A DNA stretch of 64,000 nt from the NCBI GenBank assembly GCA_958296135.2, contig CATQHZ020000001.1:4384001-4448000 (forward strand), read 5' to 3'. Source of the DNA: an uncultured Poribacteria bacterium (lineage in GTDB: Bacteria > Poribacteria > WGA-4E > WGA-3G). Under the pieces are notes generated by a model. That model had not been told where the DNA came from and did no database searches. It saw only the letters and a list, made by a program, of their open reading frames with translations. The position numbers were made by a program, and so were the translations under genes. Each line of letters opens with the position of its first letter. Position 1 is the first letter of the stretch. Of the stretch, positions 19,157 to 29,500 are shown one piece after another.

Positions 19157-19169
19157 AAAAGGAGAAACC

Positions 19170-19994
19170 ATGAAAACCTTAGCCATCCTCAGCATGAAGG
19201 TGCTGCTCTTCACCAGCTGCGCCACCCTGCCGACTCAGGAACTCCAGCAAGAACGCGAAGAACTTCTCACGGAACTTGAAGATGTCCGCGAAAAACACCA
19301 TCCGGACAAACTCAAGAACGCGATAAGGGAACTGCTGCTCGGAAAATGGCAGTATGTTAGCCTAGAGGTTGAAGATGGTAGCATCAATAAGCGGAAGGCG
19401 AACCCACCACAGAAAAGCGATTCGCCTACGGATGCCAACAGACAAGTCACCACCCAGGAACAACTGTCGGAAGACGACGCAATCCGGTTGCCCCCTGTCA
19501 AGGTAACGGACAACCCCGCCAGTCAAAACATCGCAGCGGCGAAGGCGGCACTCGTCGCATCTACCCGCAAAAATCTGACGGTAGAATTTTTTGAGCGCGC
19601 CTCTTCCTACTATTACGCCGGCAAAAACGGAAGCACCGATATCACCGGGCAGTGTAACGTCACCACGATGCGTGTCGGCGATGAATCGTACCCCTTTATC
19701 CAGTTTAATCGACGCACGGGGATAGAAATGCTAGAGTTTTTGTTCGGTTACGAACAGGCAAGGCGCGTGGTTGCAAAGATTAAACGAATCGCACGTGCCA
19801 AAAGACGCGAGCTCGGAGAACAAGGCAGCATGAAGGTACTCGGTAAAGCTTTATCGTTCTCAGTCATTTCAACGATGGGCATCGCGGTGACAGAAGACCG
19901 GCTCTATCTCATCGCGTATGGCGACATGGAACTAACACCGAAAGGTTGGATGCGCACCGGCGGCATCCGATGCACCTTAAAACGCGTGGAATAG
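19170..19994 (+). CDS. Lipoprotein, lipocalin-like paralogue 3
   Basis: Near-identical to paralogue 2 outside two variable segments; RBS AGGAG. Confidence 0.75.
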   Translation: MKTLAILSMKVLLFTSCATLPTQELQQEREELLTELEDVREKHHPDKLKNAIRELLLGKWQYVSLEVEDGSINKRKANPPQKSDSPTDANRQVTTQEQLSEDDAIRLPPVKVTDNPASQNIAAAKAALVASTRKNLTVEFFERASSYYYAGKNGSTDITGQCNVTTMRVGDESYPFIQFNRRTGIEMLEFLFGYEQARRVVAKIKRIARAKRRELGEQGSMKVLGKALSFSVISTMGIAVTEDRLYLIAYGDMELTPKGWMRTGGIRCTLKRVE

Positions 19995-20199
19995 TCTGAA
20001 ATGATGCGAGCCCCGCCTCTTTGAACGTCGGGTGGGGCTCTGTCCTCCGCCATGCTGCAGGCAGTTCATCGCCGGACGTTCGCGAGGGACAGGTTTTCCC
20101 TCGCGCTACGGGCTGCCAGAACATCCTTGGCACATAGGGCGGGGGCTGTCTCCCGCCATGGCAATACGAAACGGAGAATGTTTCTGTAAGGAGACACCC

Positions 20200-20823
20200 A
20201 TGAAAATCTTAACGTCACTCGCCTTTCTCATCTTAGCTCTGGTATTCACCGGATGCACCACCGCCGAATACCAGAAAATGCAGCACGAACGCACTCGGCT
20301 CCGCGAGATATACGAGGATGCCCGCCGGAAACATTTCAACGCGCCAACAGAAATCAAGCACGCAGTCATCGACAGCGTGCTCGGAACGTGGCGACTGCGC
20401 AGCATCGAGATGAAAGAAGGCGATGTCAGCGAGGAAATTTTGGCGGCGACAGTCGCCCTGGACGCTTCCAGCCGTAAAAACCTCACCCTCCGCTTTTATC
20501 GGGACAACACCGTGCCGCGTTATGAAGGCATCAACGGAAGTATCGTCATTTCGGGCCCATTGACGGTGGGCCTCCGCCGTATTGCCGAAGAACTGTATCC
20601 GCTACTCATATTGCTGCGCGGGCAAGGGCTCTCGCCAGCAGAATTTCTACTTGAGCATAGCGCGGCAGAGCTCTATCCGCGCATCGTGAATCTTCCGCTC
20701 AGCATCTCGGTAGATGGCGATAGACTTTTGCTCACCTTAGATGGCGGCATGACGCTGACTCCTGATGGTTGGGCACAGCGCGGCGGGATTCGGTGTGCTT
20801 TCCAACGGATGAAAGAGGAGTGA
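20200..20823 (+). CDS. Lipoprotein, lipocalin-like paralogue 4
   Basis: RBS AAGGAG, lipobox FTGC, VLGTWRL, DRLLL, GGIRCAFQR. Confidence 0.75.
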   Translation: MKILTSLAFLILALVFTGCTTAEYQKMQHERTRLREIYEDARRKHFNAPTEIKHAVIDSVLGTWRLRSIEMKEGDVSEEILAATVALDASSRKNLTLRFYRDNTVPRYEGINGSIVISGPLTVGLRRIAEELYPLLILLRGQGLSPAEFLLEHSAAELYPRIVNLPLSISVDGDRLLLTLDGGMTLTPDGWAQRGGIRCAFQRMKEE

Positions 20824-21007
20824 GTTTTCTCGGATTTTTGTTCATATCACTGAAGAAGAGGCACGCCAATTGGAACATCACTACGGATGTGAATTTTGGG
20901 GGACGAGCGTAACCCGAGAAGACAAAGCCTATTACGATATCCCCAATAATATCGCAGCACTTCTCCCCGTGCTTGAATTGGCGTATCGCCACCGTAGCGA
21001 AGAGTGA
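20822..21007 (+). pseudogene. Start-less coding-like fragment
   Basis: Open frame ...VHITEEEARQLEHHYGCEFWGTSVTREDKAYYDIPNNIAALLPVLELAYRHRSEE* without a convincing start. Confidence 0.35.
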
Positions 21008-21058
21008 TGCGGCTTGGAGTTAGCGGCGCGCTGCTGTGGCGCGCCTACCAGAACCTTC

Positions 21059-21673
21059 TCAGGCGCGTCCATCCCCATTCGCCATCGCGCTCCTGAATAC
21101 CGCTTCAACCGCACCAAAGAGCCGAGGCAGGTCATCTACCGTGTAGCGCGTTCTATCGCGGGTATAGACATCACCGACGAGCCGCCCAAATTGCCACTGT
21201 TCGCCATCGCTGACAATGCCATACACCGGAAAAGCCGCATCGTCATTGATTTTCTGGGCAGCCACCATCTCCGCGAGGCATTGCCCCCAACCGAGAACAA
21301 AATCGTTCCGCTTCGCCTCTACAAACAGAATGAGCGGCATCCCGACAACAGGGATACCCAACTCAGAGCGTATAGAGACAAAGTAATCCGGCGTGCCCGT
21401 CAACGTCTCATCGTAGGTGATGGACTTCCCTATCCAGAGCGCGTAATCCTTGGCGTATGCCTTATAGCACTCCCATAAAATCGGATAGATGAGCGCGTGG
21501 CACCGAGCCGACTCCGACGCGAAAACATCAATGTGCTCCTGGGCAAACTCAAAGTCGTGCAGGAGATGCCCCGGCGGCGTTGACTCCTCGCTTTCGATGA
21601 AGTTACCCCACGTGAAGGTAACCTTGAAATTTTCTAGCACTTCATGAACCGTTTTGAAATCACTAAATGCCAT
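21059..21673 (-). CDS. PD-(D/E)XK nuclease family protein (HsdR N-terminal-like), copy 1
   Basis: GTPDY...VEAKR...GQCLAEM...YGIVSDGEQWQF; RBS AGGAGG before MAFSDFK. Confidence 0.8.
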   Translation of the reverse strand: MAFSDFKTVHEVLENFKVTFTWGNFIESEESTPPGHLLHDFEFAQEHIDVFASESARCHALIYPILWECYKAYAKDYALWIGKSITYDETLTGTPDYFVSIRSELGIPVVGMPLILFVEAKRNDFVLGWGQCLAEMVAAQKINDDAAFPVYGIVSDGEQWQFGRLVGDVYTRDRTRYTVDDLPRLFGAVEAVFRSAMANGDGRA

Positions 21674-21763
21674 GGGATTTTCCCTCCTTTCTAGCGTTAG
21701 CCCCATTTTGTTGTACTGGCGTTCGGGCTCATCAGCCACCGAACGCCAACAGAGAATTGGAGC

Positions 21764-22378
21764 TCAGGCGCGCCCGCCGCCTTTTCCCATCGCGCTCCTG
21801 AAAATCGCTTCAACCGCACCAAAGAGTTCCGGCAGATCATCCGCCGTGTAGAGCGTTCTATTGCGGATAAAAACATCGCCGACGAGCCGGCCAAATTCCC
21901 ACAATCTGCCATCGCTGACAATGCCATACACCGGGCAACCCGCATCGTCATTGATTTTCTGGGCAGCCACCATCTCCGCGAGGCATTGCCCCCAGCCAAC
22001 CTCAAAATCGTTCCGTTTCGCCTCTACCATCATGACTAAGGGAGCACCAACAACTCTTTTCCCCAACGGCGACCGGGTGGAGACGAAGTAATCCGGCGTG
22101 CCCGTCAACGTCTCATCGTAGGTGATGGACTTCCCTATCCAGAGCGCGTAGTCTTCGATGTATGCCTTATAGCACTCCCATAAAATCGGATAAATCAGCG
22201 CGTGGCACCGAGCCGACTCCGACGCGAGAACATCAATGCTCTCCTGGGCCAACTCAAAGTCGTGCAGGAAATGCGCCGGCGGGTTTGCAGCCTCACGCTC
22301 CACGAAGTTTTCCTCCACGGAGGTGATGCCGAATTGCTCCTGCACTTCAGCCTCTGTTTTAAAATCACTAAATGCCAT
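21764..22378 (-). CDS. PD-(D/E)XK nuclease family protein, copy 2
   Basis: Same motifs; tandem unit of ~705 bp including intergenic DNA. Confidence 0.8.
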   Translation of the reverse strand: MAFSDFKTEAEVQEQFGITSVEENFVEREAANPPAHFLHDFELAQESIDVLASESARCHALIYPILWECYKAYIEDYALWIGKSITYDETLTGTPDYFVSTRSPLGKRVVGAPLVMMVEAKRNDFEVGWGQCLAEMVAAQKINDDAGCPVYGIVSDGRLWEFGRLVGDVFIRNRTLYTADDLPELFGAVEAIFRSAMGKGGGRA

Positions 22379-22465
22379 GGGATTTTCCCTCCTTTCTAGC
22401 GTTAGCCCCCATTCTGTACTGGCATCGGGCTCATCAGCCACCGAACGCCAACAGAGAATTGGAGC

Positions 22466-23080
22466 TCAGGCGCGCCCGCCGCCTTTTCCCATCGCGCTCC
22501 TGAAAATCGCTTCAACCGCACCAAAGAGTGCCGGCAGATCATCCGAATCAAAACTAGGGCGGTAGCGGGTAAAGGCATCGCCGACGAGCCGCCCAAATTG
22601 CCACCGTTCGCCATCGCTGACAAGGCCATACACGGGCCGAACCGCATCGTCATTGATTTTCTGGGCAGCCACCATCTCCGCGAGACATTGCCCCCAGCCC
22701 ATCTCAAAATCGTTCCGTTTCGCCTCCACCATCATGATTAAGGGAGCACCAACAACGTTTTTGCCCAACGGCGACTTTGTAGAGACGAAGTAATCTGGCG
22801 TGCCCGTCAACGTCTCATCGTAGGTGATGGATTTCCCTATCCAGAGCGCGTAGTCTTCGATGTATGCCTTATAGCACTCCCATAAAATCGGATAAATCAG
22901 CGCGTGACAACGGGCCGACTCGGATGCGAAAACATCAATGTGCTGCTGAGCCAACTCGAAGTCGTGCAGAAAATGCGCCGGCGGGTTTGCAGCTCCACGC
23001 TCCACGAAGTTTTCCTCCACGGAAGTGATGCCGAATTGCTCTTGGACCTCGGCGGCGGTTTTGAAATCGCTGAATGCCAT
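22466..23080 (-). CDS. PD-(D/E)XK nuclease family protein, copy 3
   Basis: Same motifs; upstream TTGACA-18 nt-TAGACT promoter on minus strand (~23140-23111). Confidence 0.8.
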   Translation of the reverse strand: MAFSDFKTAAEVQEQFGITSVEENFVERGAANPPAHFLHDFELAQQHIDVFASESARCHALIYPILWECYKAYIEDYALWIGKSITYDETLTGTPDYFVSTKSPLGKNVVGAPLIMMVEAKRNDFEMGWGQCLAEMVAAQKINDDAVRPVYGLVSDGERWQFGRLVGDAFTRYRPSFDSDDLPALFGAVEAIFRSAMGKGGGRA

Positions 23081-23157
23081 GACGGTTTCCCCTCTTTTTC
23101 GTTTCTTATAGTCTATCACAAACTTGAAGGCAATGTCAACCTCTTTTCGCGCGACAC

Positions 23158-25524
23158 TCACTGTCGCACCGTCCGCAACTTCCCACGCCAATCTACCCGC
23201 ACCTTCCAATTATTCCAACGCGGCAGCAACACCGTGCTCAGCGTCGGTTGCCGAATGCCGCTCATCCATACCAAGGTTACCTGCCTCTGCCTCGGAGCGT
23301 ATGCCACCCGAAACTTGGCACCGTTCACGGAAAATTCCCGCGGATACTGCGCCTCAATGTCAGCAATCGTAGCATCGTCTATTTTAGTAAACCGCAAATC
23401 CTCGGCGGAGAGGAGTTCGCACTCCTCTGCCGCTTCCACGCCTAATTCTGTCAGTCGCGAAACTAACCACGCCTGCGGCGTTATCTCTGCCGACACTGAA
23501 TTTAATGCGCAATGCAAATGCCACGCATCAATCGCTCGGGTCAGCTGTTCTCCCACCCCCGAAAAGAGTTTACCGGAAAGAATCAGAGAAGCAAGTGCCT
23601 CTCTCAACAATTCCCCACGTAGAGTCCTTTGCTCCCGCCCAATCTCGCGGCCCGCGTACGTCGTCACGACTTCGGCGATAATCTCCGTTCCTACCTGTTT
23701 CGGGGCGGTCACTTCGGATGTGCCGATGCCTGCCTTCACAAGCGTCTCGAACGTGCAAGGCATGGCGGTGCGTCCCATCAACTGCACACGCGTGCCTTTC
23801 GCAATGCCGACAGTCTCCAAGATTAAGGCAGCGTGCCGCTCTTTCGGCACCAGCGAATCTGAATCCAGTAGCACCTCCGCTTGTCCATTTCCCCATCCCT
23901 TCCCTTTCCGCCTTCTGACATAAGCACAAGCCGGCCACTCCCGTAAGAGATAGTCTATCAGTCCGGTCCGATTCGGATGAGGCGCATCCAAAAAACCGGC
24001 AGGCACTTCTATCGGCGGCAGCTCAAAAAACGCGCGCAGCTGCGTCGCAATCCGGCGGCATTCAGCGAGGGCATTTTTGTGGAGGTGATGCCGTTTCACA
24101 TCACCGTGACGCAGCGTGCGGATAGCCGCTGTCGCATCGCAGGCATCTCCGCGGAAGAGCTCCTTTCGGCGTGCTTCCTGAACCGCCTCCTGTTGCTCAT
24201 GCGGCAGATGCTCCATGCGCCGCCATAACGGCGCGGGACGTTCCAACGTCGCAACCAGAACTACCAACTCTGGACGAAATTCCCGCGGGGCTTTGACTAG
24301 CAATCGCGCGTGCAGCGGATTGACCGGCAGCGTGCACAATTTCGCGCCATACTCCGTGAGCGTATCATCTGCTGCAAGCACACCCCAACTTTTCAGTTCC
24401 GTTTGCGCACGTTCCACCGCAAAATCCGGTGGCGCATCCAAAAAGGACAAATCTTGCGGCCGATAGCCGGTGGCGGCTACATCCAAAACAAACTGCGTCA
24501 AATCCTCGCGCCGAATCTCCGGCGGCGTTTCAGGTTCCAGTTGTCCGTGTTCCTCCCAGAGTCGATAGCATCTCCCCGGCCCGAGTCTGCCTGCACGCCC
24601 GCGGCGTTGTTCCGCCGAGGCCTGCGAGATAGGCCGTAACGCCAGGACGATGCGTTGACTTTGATGGATGCGCTGCCGCACAAGCCCCGCATCCACAACC
24701 GCGGTGATGCCGGGAAGCGTAATCGACGTTTCGGCGACATTCGTCGCCAAAATCACCCGGCGGCGGCGCGATTGCGTCTCAAACGCCAAGTCTTGCTCTC
24801 CCGGCGGCAAATTACCGTGTAGCGGGATAAGTTCAACCGCTCGGAGTCGGCGCAGCGCATCGTGGCACGAACTAATCTCACCTTTGCCGGGGAGGAAAAC
24901 CAGCACGTTTCCGTTTGTCTCCTGCAGCGCACGGCGAACGCCTCTCTCAACGCGCTCCGTTAAGTTCCGAGAAGTTGGCACCACCGTACCACCGAGGTAC
25001 TTCACCTCAACGGGATAGACGCGGCCTTCCGCGCGCAGCACCTTTCCGCTAATAAATCGCGCGAGGGGATGCGCCGCTATTGTCGCCGACATAATAACAA
25101 GATTAGCATCCGGCCGTTTTTTCCGGCAGATGGAGAGAACCAGGTCTGCCTCCACACCGCGCTCATGAAATTCGTCTAAAATCAGCGTGCGGTAACGGCC
25201 AAGCTCCTCTCCCGCCGCGTATCGGAGTGCCACCCCCGGCGTAACGAAACGAATGCCGGTTTCGTCGGAACTGACATCCTCAAACCGCACGGTGTAACCG
25301 ATAGAACGGCCCAACGATTCGCCATGCTGCTGCGCCACCCACCGGGCAAGCGAACGGCATGCGACGCGACGCGGCTCCACGACAAGTACCGGCCCCGGGC
25401 ACCACGTCGGAATCTGCGTCGATTTCCCGCTGCCAGTCGGTGCAACGACAACGACGGGGCCCGTAGCAAGTGCAGCGCAAAATGTCGTCTTTAATTGTGT
25501 AATAGGAAGGGTTGTTTCGTTCAT
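23158..25524 (-). CDS. hrpB: ATP-dependent DEAH-box RNA helicase, HrpB-like
   Basis: APTGSGKST, LDEFHER, MSAT, ATNVAETSITLPG, QRRGRAGR; likely start MNETTLPI (the ORF-track extension overlaps another gene). Confidence 0.85.
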   Translation of the reverse strand: MNETTLPITQLKTTFCAALATGPVVVVAPTGSGKSTQIPTWCPGPVLVVEPRRVACRSLARWVAQQHGESLGRSIGYTVRFEDVSSDETGIRFVTPGVALRYAAGEELGRYRTLILDEFHERGVEADLVLSICRKKRPDANLVIMSATIAAHPLARFISGKVLRAEGRVYPVEVKYLGGTVVPTSRNLTERVERGVRRALQETNGNVLVFLPGKGEISSCHDALRRLRAVELIPLHGNLPPGEQDLAFETQSRRRRVILATNVAETSITLPGITAVVDAGLVRQRIHQSQRIVLALRPISQASAEQRRGRAGRLGPGRCYRLWEEHGQLEPETPPEIRREDLTQFVLDVAATGYRPQDLSFLDAPPDFAVERAQTELKSWGVLAADDTLTEYGAKLCTLPVNPLHARLLVKAPREFRPELVVLVATLERPAPLWRRMEHLPHEQQEAVQEARRKELFRGDACDATAAIRTLRHGDVKRHHLHKNALAECRRIATQLRAFFELPPIEVPAGFLDAPHPNRTGLIDYLLREWPACAYVRRRKGKGWGNGQAEVLLDSDSLVPKERHAALILETVGIAKGTRVQLMGRTAMPCTFETLVKAGIGTSEVTAPKQVGTEIIAEVVTTYAGREIGREQRTLRGELLREALASLILSGKLFSGVGEQLTRAIDAWHLHCALNSVSAEITPQAWLVSRLTELGVEAAEECELLSAEDLRFTKIDDATIADIEAQYPREFSVNGAKFRVAYAPRQRQVTLVWMSGIRQPTLSTVLLPRWNNWKVRVDWRGKLRTVRQ

Positions 25525-25672
25525 CACGCGCATTATTATGGAGGTAGATGTAGACGCTCGCGGCGAGGCAGGTTCGGACGCGAACGGACGCGGACGGTTT
25601 TCCGCTGGAAAATTCACGGGAAGGCGCAACACAAATTCGGGCGCGCCGAACTTTGCCAACGCGCCTCGCGGA

Positions 25673-26140
25673 TTATTGACGCTTGTCATCAGTCTGCTGC
25701 GCCTCGCGTGCTTCCAATTCGGCGATGCGTGCAGCCTTCTCGGCATCGAGTGATTCCAATTCGGCGATGCGTGCAGCCTTCTCGGCATCAAGTGATTCAA
25801 GCGCGGCAAGGCGCGCAGTCTTCTCGGCATCACGCTCTTCCAAATCGAGGATGCGATTGATCAACCGCTCGCGCTCTTTAATTTTGAACAACACTTTTTC
25901 AATCCCCCAATGTATCAGCGCGGCGAGTAAGACACTTGCAATCGAGACAGTTTGCGCCGCACTGCTGTGTTTCTGAAGAGTGGCAACAAGCTTGACACCC
26001 TGCTGGCTGTTAAGGTTTTCTTGGCCATGTACATAGGCGAGATACCCAATGAAGGACAACAAGGCGATGCCTACGAGTATCGGACCTCCACTGTTTTCTA
26101 AGTATCGCGCACTAAACTCTGGCTTTTCTGCTTTCTGCAT
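25673..26140 (-). CDS. Two-TM membrane protein with C-terminal coiled coil of 14-aa repeats
   Basis: RBS AGGAGG; two hydrophobic helices; DAEKxARxAxLESL repeated three times. Confidence 0.7.
   Translation of the reverse strand: MQKAEKPEFSARYLENSGGPILVGIALLSFIGYLAYVHGQENLNSQQGVKLVATLQKHSSAAQTVSIASVLLAALIHWGIEKVLFKIKERERLINRILDLEERDAEKTARLAALESLDAEKAARIAELESLDAEKAARIAELEAREAQQTDDKRQ
25707..25832 (-). repeat. 42-bp coding tandem repeat (~3 units)
   Basis: ttccaattcggcgatgcgtgcagccttctcggcatc occurs twice exactly, plus one diverged unit. Confidence 0.85.
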
Positions 26141-26464
26141 AGTCTATACGAATTCCTCCTTTTCTTCGTTTCCATCCCCTGCAATAGGGGCCACCGTTAA
26201 CCGCTGTATCCATCGCCTTTGTATCTTTAATGATACCATAAATCCACTGAAATGTCACGTTTTTCTGATGTTTTTTACAAAAATGTCCAAAACGGCTGAA
26301 AAACCGACATTTTCCTGTGAGAGGATTAACAGGATTAGGGGCACCTGGGCTATCAACTCCTTTTCTTCTTCTGATCGAACAAGTGGTGGCGGGATGCCCA
26401 GACAGCACGCCGCTCATGCAGCTCATCTTGAAATCCAAGCCGACGCGAGACAGACATTTTTCAC

Positions 26465-26494
26465 TTGCAATTTTATCGCAAATCACGGTATAAT
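26465..26494 (+). promoter_or_regulatory. Promoter, probably leaderless mRNA
   Basis: TTGCAA-18 nt-TATAAT, 6 nt before ATG 26501, no SD. Confidence 0.6.
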
Positions 26495-26500
26495 GTGTTT

Positions 26501-29500
26501 ATGCCAACACTCACTCTCAAACCAACCCACAAAACCGTCACGGCCTACTATGATGCCCTCGACCGGTATCGCCAACACGGCGTAACGCACGAAACTGCTG
26601 TGCGCGCCGCCTTTCAAGCACTCCTTGAAGCATGCGCACGACAACTTGACTGGACACTCATCTGTGAACAGACGCTCCGACTCCCAGGCAGAAACCCTCT
26701 CCGCCTCGATGGCGCGCTACTTGACGAGCACAGCCTCCCCCGCGGCACCTGGGAAGCAAAAGGCGTAAAGGGCAACCTCCGCGCCGAAATCGACAAGAAA
26801 TTCGATGCCGGTTACCCGCAGGACAACATCCTCTTCCAGACACCGGAACGCGCGATGCTCTACCAAAACGGCACGGAAGTGCTGGACGCAGACATCACTG
26901 AACGCGAAACCCTTGTCACCGTCCTGCAGACATTCTTCGCCTACGAACGCGCCAATGCCGCCCAATGGCGCGCCGCCGTCGCGCGGTTCAAGGAACTCGT
27001 CCCCGAACTCGGCACCGAAGCCGCAAACATTATCAAGACGCAGCACCAAACCAACGCGCAATTCCGCGCCGATTTCGCCGACTTCCACCACCTCTGCAAA
27101 ACCGCCATCAACCCGAACCTCTCCGAGGCAGCCGTCGAGGAGATGCTCATCCAACACCTCCTCACCGAACGGATGTTCCGCACTGTCTTCGAGGACCCGG
27201 ATTTCGCACACCGCAACGTCATCGCACGCCACATTGAGAAGGTGCTGAAGGGACCGCTCGCCACAGTCTGGAACCGTGGCGAATTCCTCAGAAAGTTGTC
27301 ACCGTTCTACCGTGAAATCGAACGCGAGGCAGCGACACTCGTCGACTTCTCGCAGAAACAGCACTTCCTCAACACCGTCTATGAGCAGTTCTTCCAAGGC
27401 TTCTCTGTCAAGCAAGCGGACACGCACGGCATCGTCTACACCCCGCAACCTATCGTCGATTTCATGGTGAAGAGCGTCGACTACCTGCTCAAAACGCAGT
27501 TCAATCGCTCCCTCGCTGACAGCGGCGTTCACCTCATCGATGCGTTTGTCGGCACCGGCAACTTCATCGTCCGCCTCATGCGCGAAATCCCCAAGACAAA
27601 ACTGGAAGCGAAATACCGCCACGAACTCTGGTGCAACGAGATGCTGCTCATGCCGTACTACATCGCAACGCTCAACATCGAGCACGAGTTTTACGCCGCC
27701 ACGGGGACATATCTCCCCTTTGAAGGCATCTCCCTCGTCGATACGTTCGACCTGGCGGAAGACCGGCAGCTGTCGCTGTTAACCGAGGAAAACACGGCGC
27801 GCGTCGCAAAGCAAAAGGCATCCCCGATGTTTGTTGTCATCGGCAACCCGCCTTACAATGCCGGGCAAGTCAACGAAAATGATAACAATAAGAATCGCAA
27901 ATATCCCACGATGGACGCTCTGATTCGGGATACCTATGCCAAGGATTCTCGCTTGACGCTCAAAAATTCCCTCTACGATCCTTACGTGAAAGCACTCCGC
28001 TGGGCATCCAATAGAATCGGCAAGCAGGGCATCGTCGCCCTCGTCACCAACAACAGCTTTCTGGATGGCGCGTCGTTTGACGGAATGCGCAAACATCTCG
28101 CCCAAGATTTTGACGCGCTCTATCTCCTCGACCTCGGCGGAAATGCCCGCAAAGACACCCTGGTCTCCAACGCAAACGTCTTCGGCATTCGTGTCGGCGT
28201 AAGCATCAACTTCTTCGTCAAAAGCGACGCGGTAGGAGGGACTTCCCGCTCACGACTTCCTGCGCGCATTTTTTATCACCGCACTGACAACAAGTGGGAT
28301 AAAAACCAGAAGTTTGAATTCCTTGGCCACTCCGAACACGTTGGCAACGTTGACTGGCAAACGCTTCAGCCCGACGCACGGCATACCTGGCTCACCGAAG
28401 GACTCAACCCTGAATTTTTGACATTCACACCGATAGGGAGCAAGGCAGCAAAACAAATGAAAGGCGCAGCGGCAGGCGTGATTTTCCACACGTTCAGCAA
28501 CGGTGTAAAAACGAACCGTGATGCCTGGGCTTGCAACTTCAACCGAGAAACGCTCGCTGCAAACATGCAACGGATGATCGGTGTCTATAACGCGCAGGTG
28601 TCCCAGTGGCGCGACCGGGAAGACACATCGGAGATAAGTGTGGACGATTTTGTGGATGGTGATGACACAAAAATCAAATGGAGTGGCGATTTGAAAACCG
28701 CACTCAAAAAGGGGATTTTTGCCCAGTTTTCCGATGAAAAATTGCGCACGTCTCTCTACCGCCCTTTCACCCGCCCCTTCCTGTTCTTCGATCGGTTGAT
28801 GAATAATAGCACCTATCTCTGGCCCTATATCTTTCCGACACCTGACACTGAAACAGAAAATCGGGTGATTTGCGTCAGTGCAATAGGCGCGAACAAACCT
28901 TTTCACACGTTGATGGCCTCCGTTATCCCGAATCTACATTTAACCGGTGATTCCCAGTGCTTCCCCTTCTACATTTACGATGAAGACGGCACCAACCGCC
29001 GAGAAAACATCACCGACTGGGCCCTGGAAAACTTCCGAGCCCATTACGGCGACGACACCCTCACGAAGTGGGATATTTTCAACTATACCTACGGTGTCCT
29101 GCACCATCCGGGTTATCGCGAACGCTACGCCGCTGATCTCAAGCGCGATCTGCCGCATATCCCTTATGCCGAAGATTTTTGGGCATTTGCCGAGGCCGGT
29201 GCGCAGCTCGCCGAACTGCATGTCAACTACGAGACGCAGCCCCAGTACCCGCTCACGTTTGTGGAAGATGCGACGAAGCAACTTGATTTCCGCGTGGAAC
29301 GGATGAAGCTATCCAAAGACCGGACGCGGCTCATCTATAACAAGTTTTTGACGTTAGAGGGGATTCCGCAGGAGGTGTTTTCGTATCGGTTGGGGCCGTA
29401 TTCGGCGTTAGAGTGGGTAGTGAAACAGTATCGCGTGAAGCCAGAGCCGAGGAGTGGGATTGTGAACGATGCCAACGATGCAGAAAACCCGCGGTATATT

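Noticed and set aside
18332-23080. Possible diversity-generating retroelement behind the paralogue variation
   Set aside because: Differences involve all bases and indels rather than adenines only, and no reverse transcriptase is in the window
22904-23923. Long antisense ORFs (also 33933-34715, 49513-50448, 54774-55658, 59268-60110)
   Set aside because: Shadow frames of well-supported genes on the opposite strand, with no motifs
25525-25833. N-terminal extension of HrpB in the ORF track
   Set aside because: Alternative frame of the upstream repeat gene; helicase homology starts at about MNETTLPI
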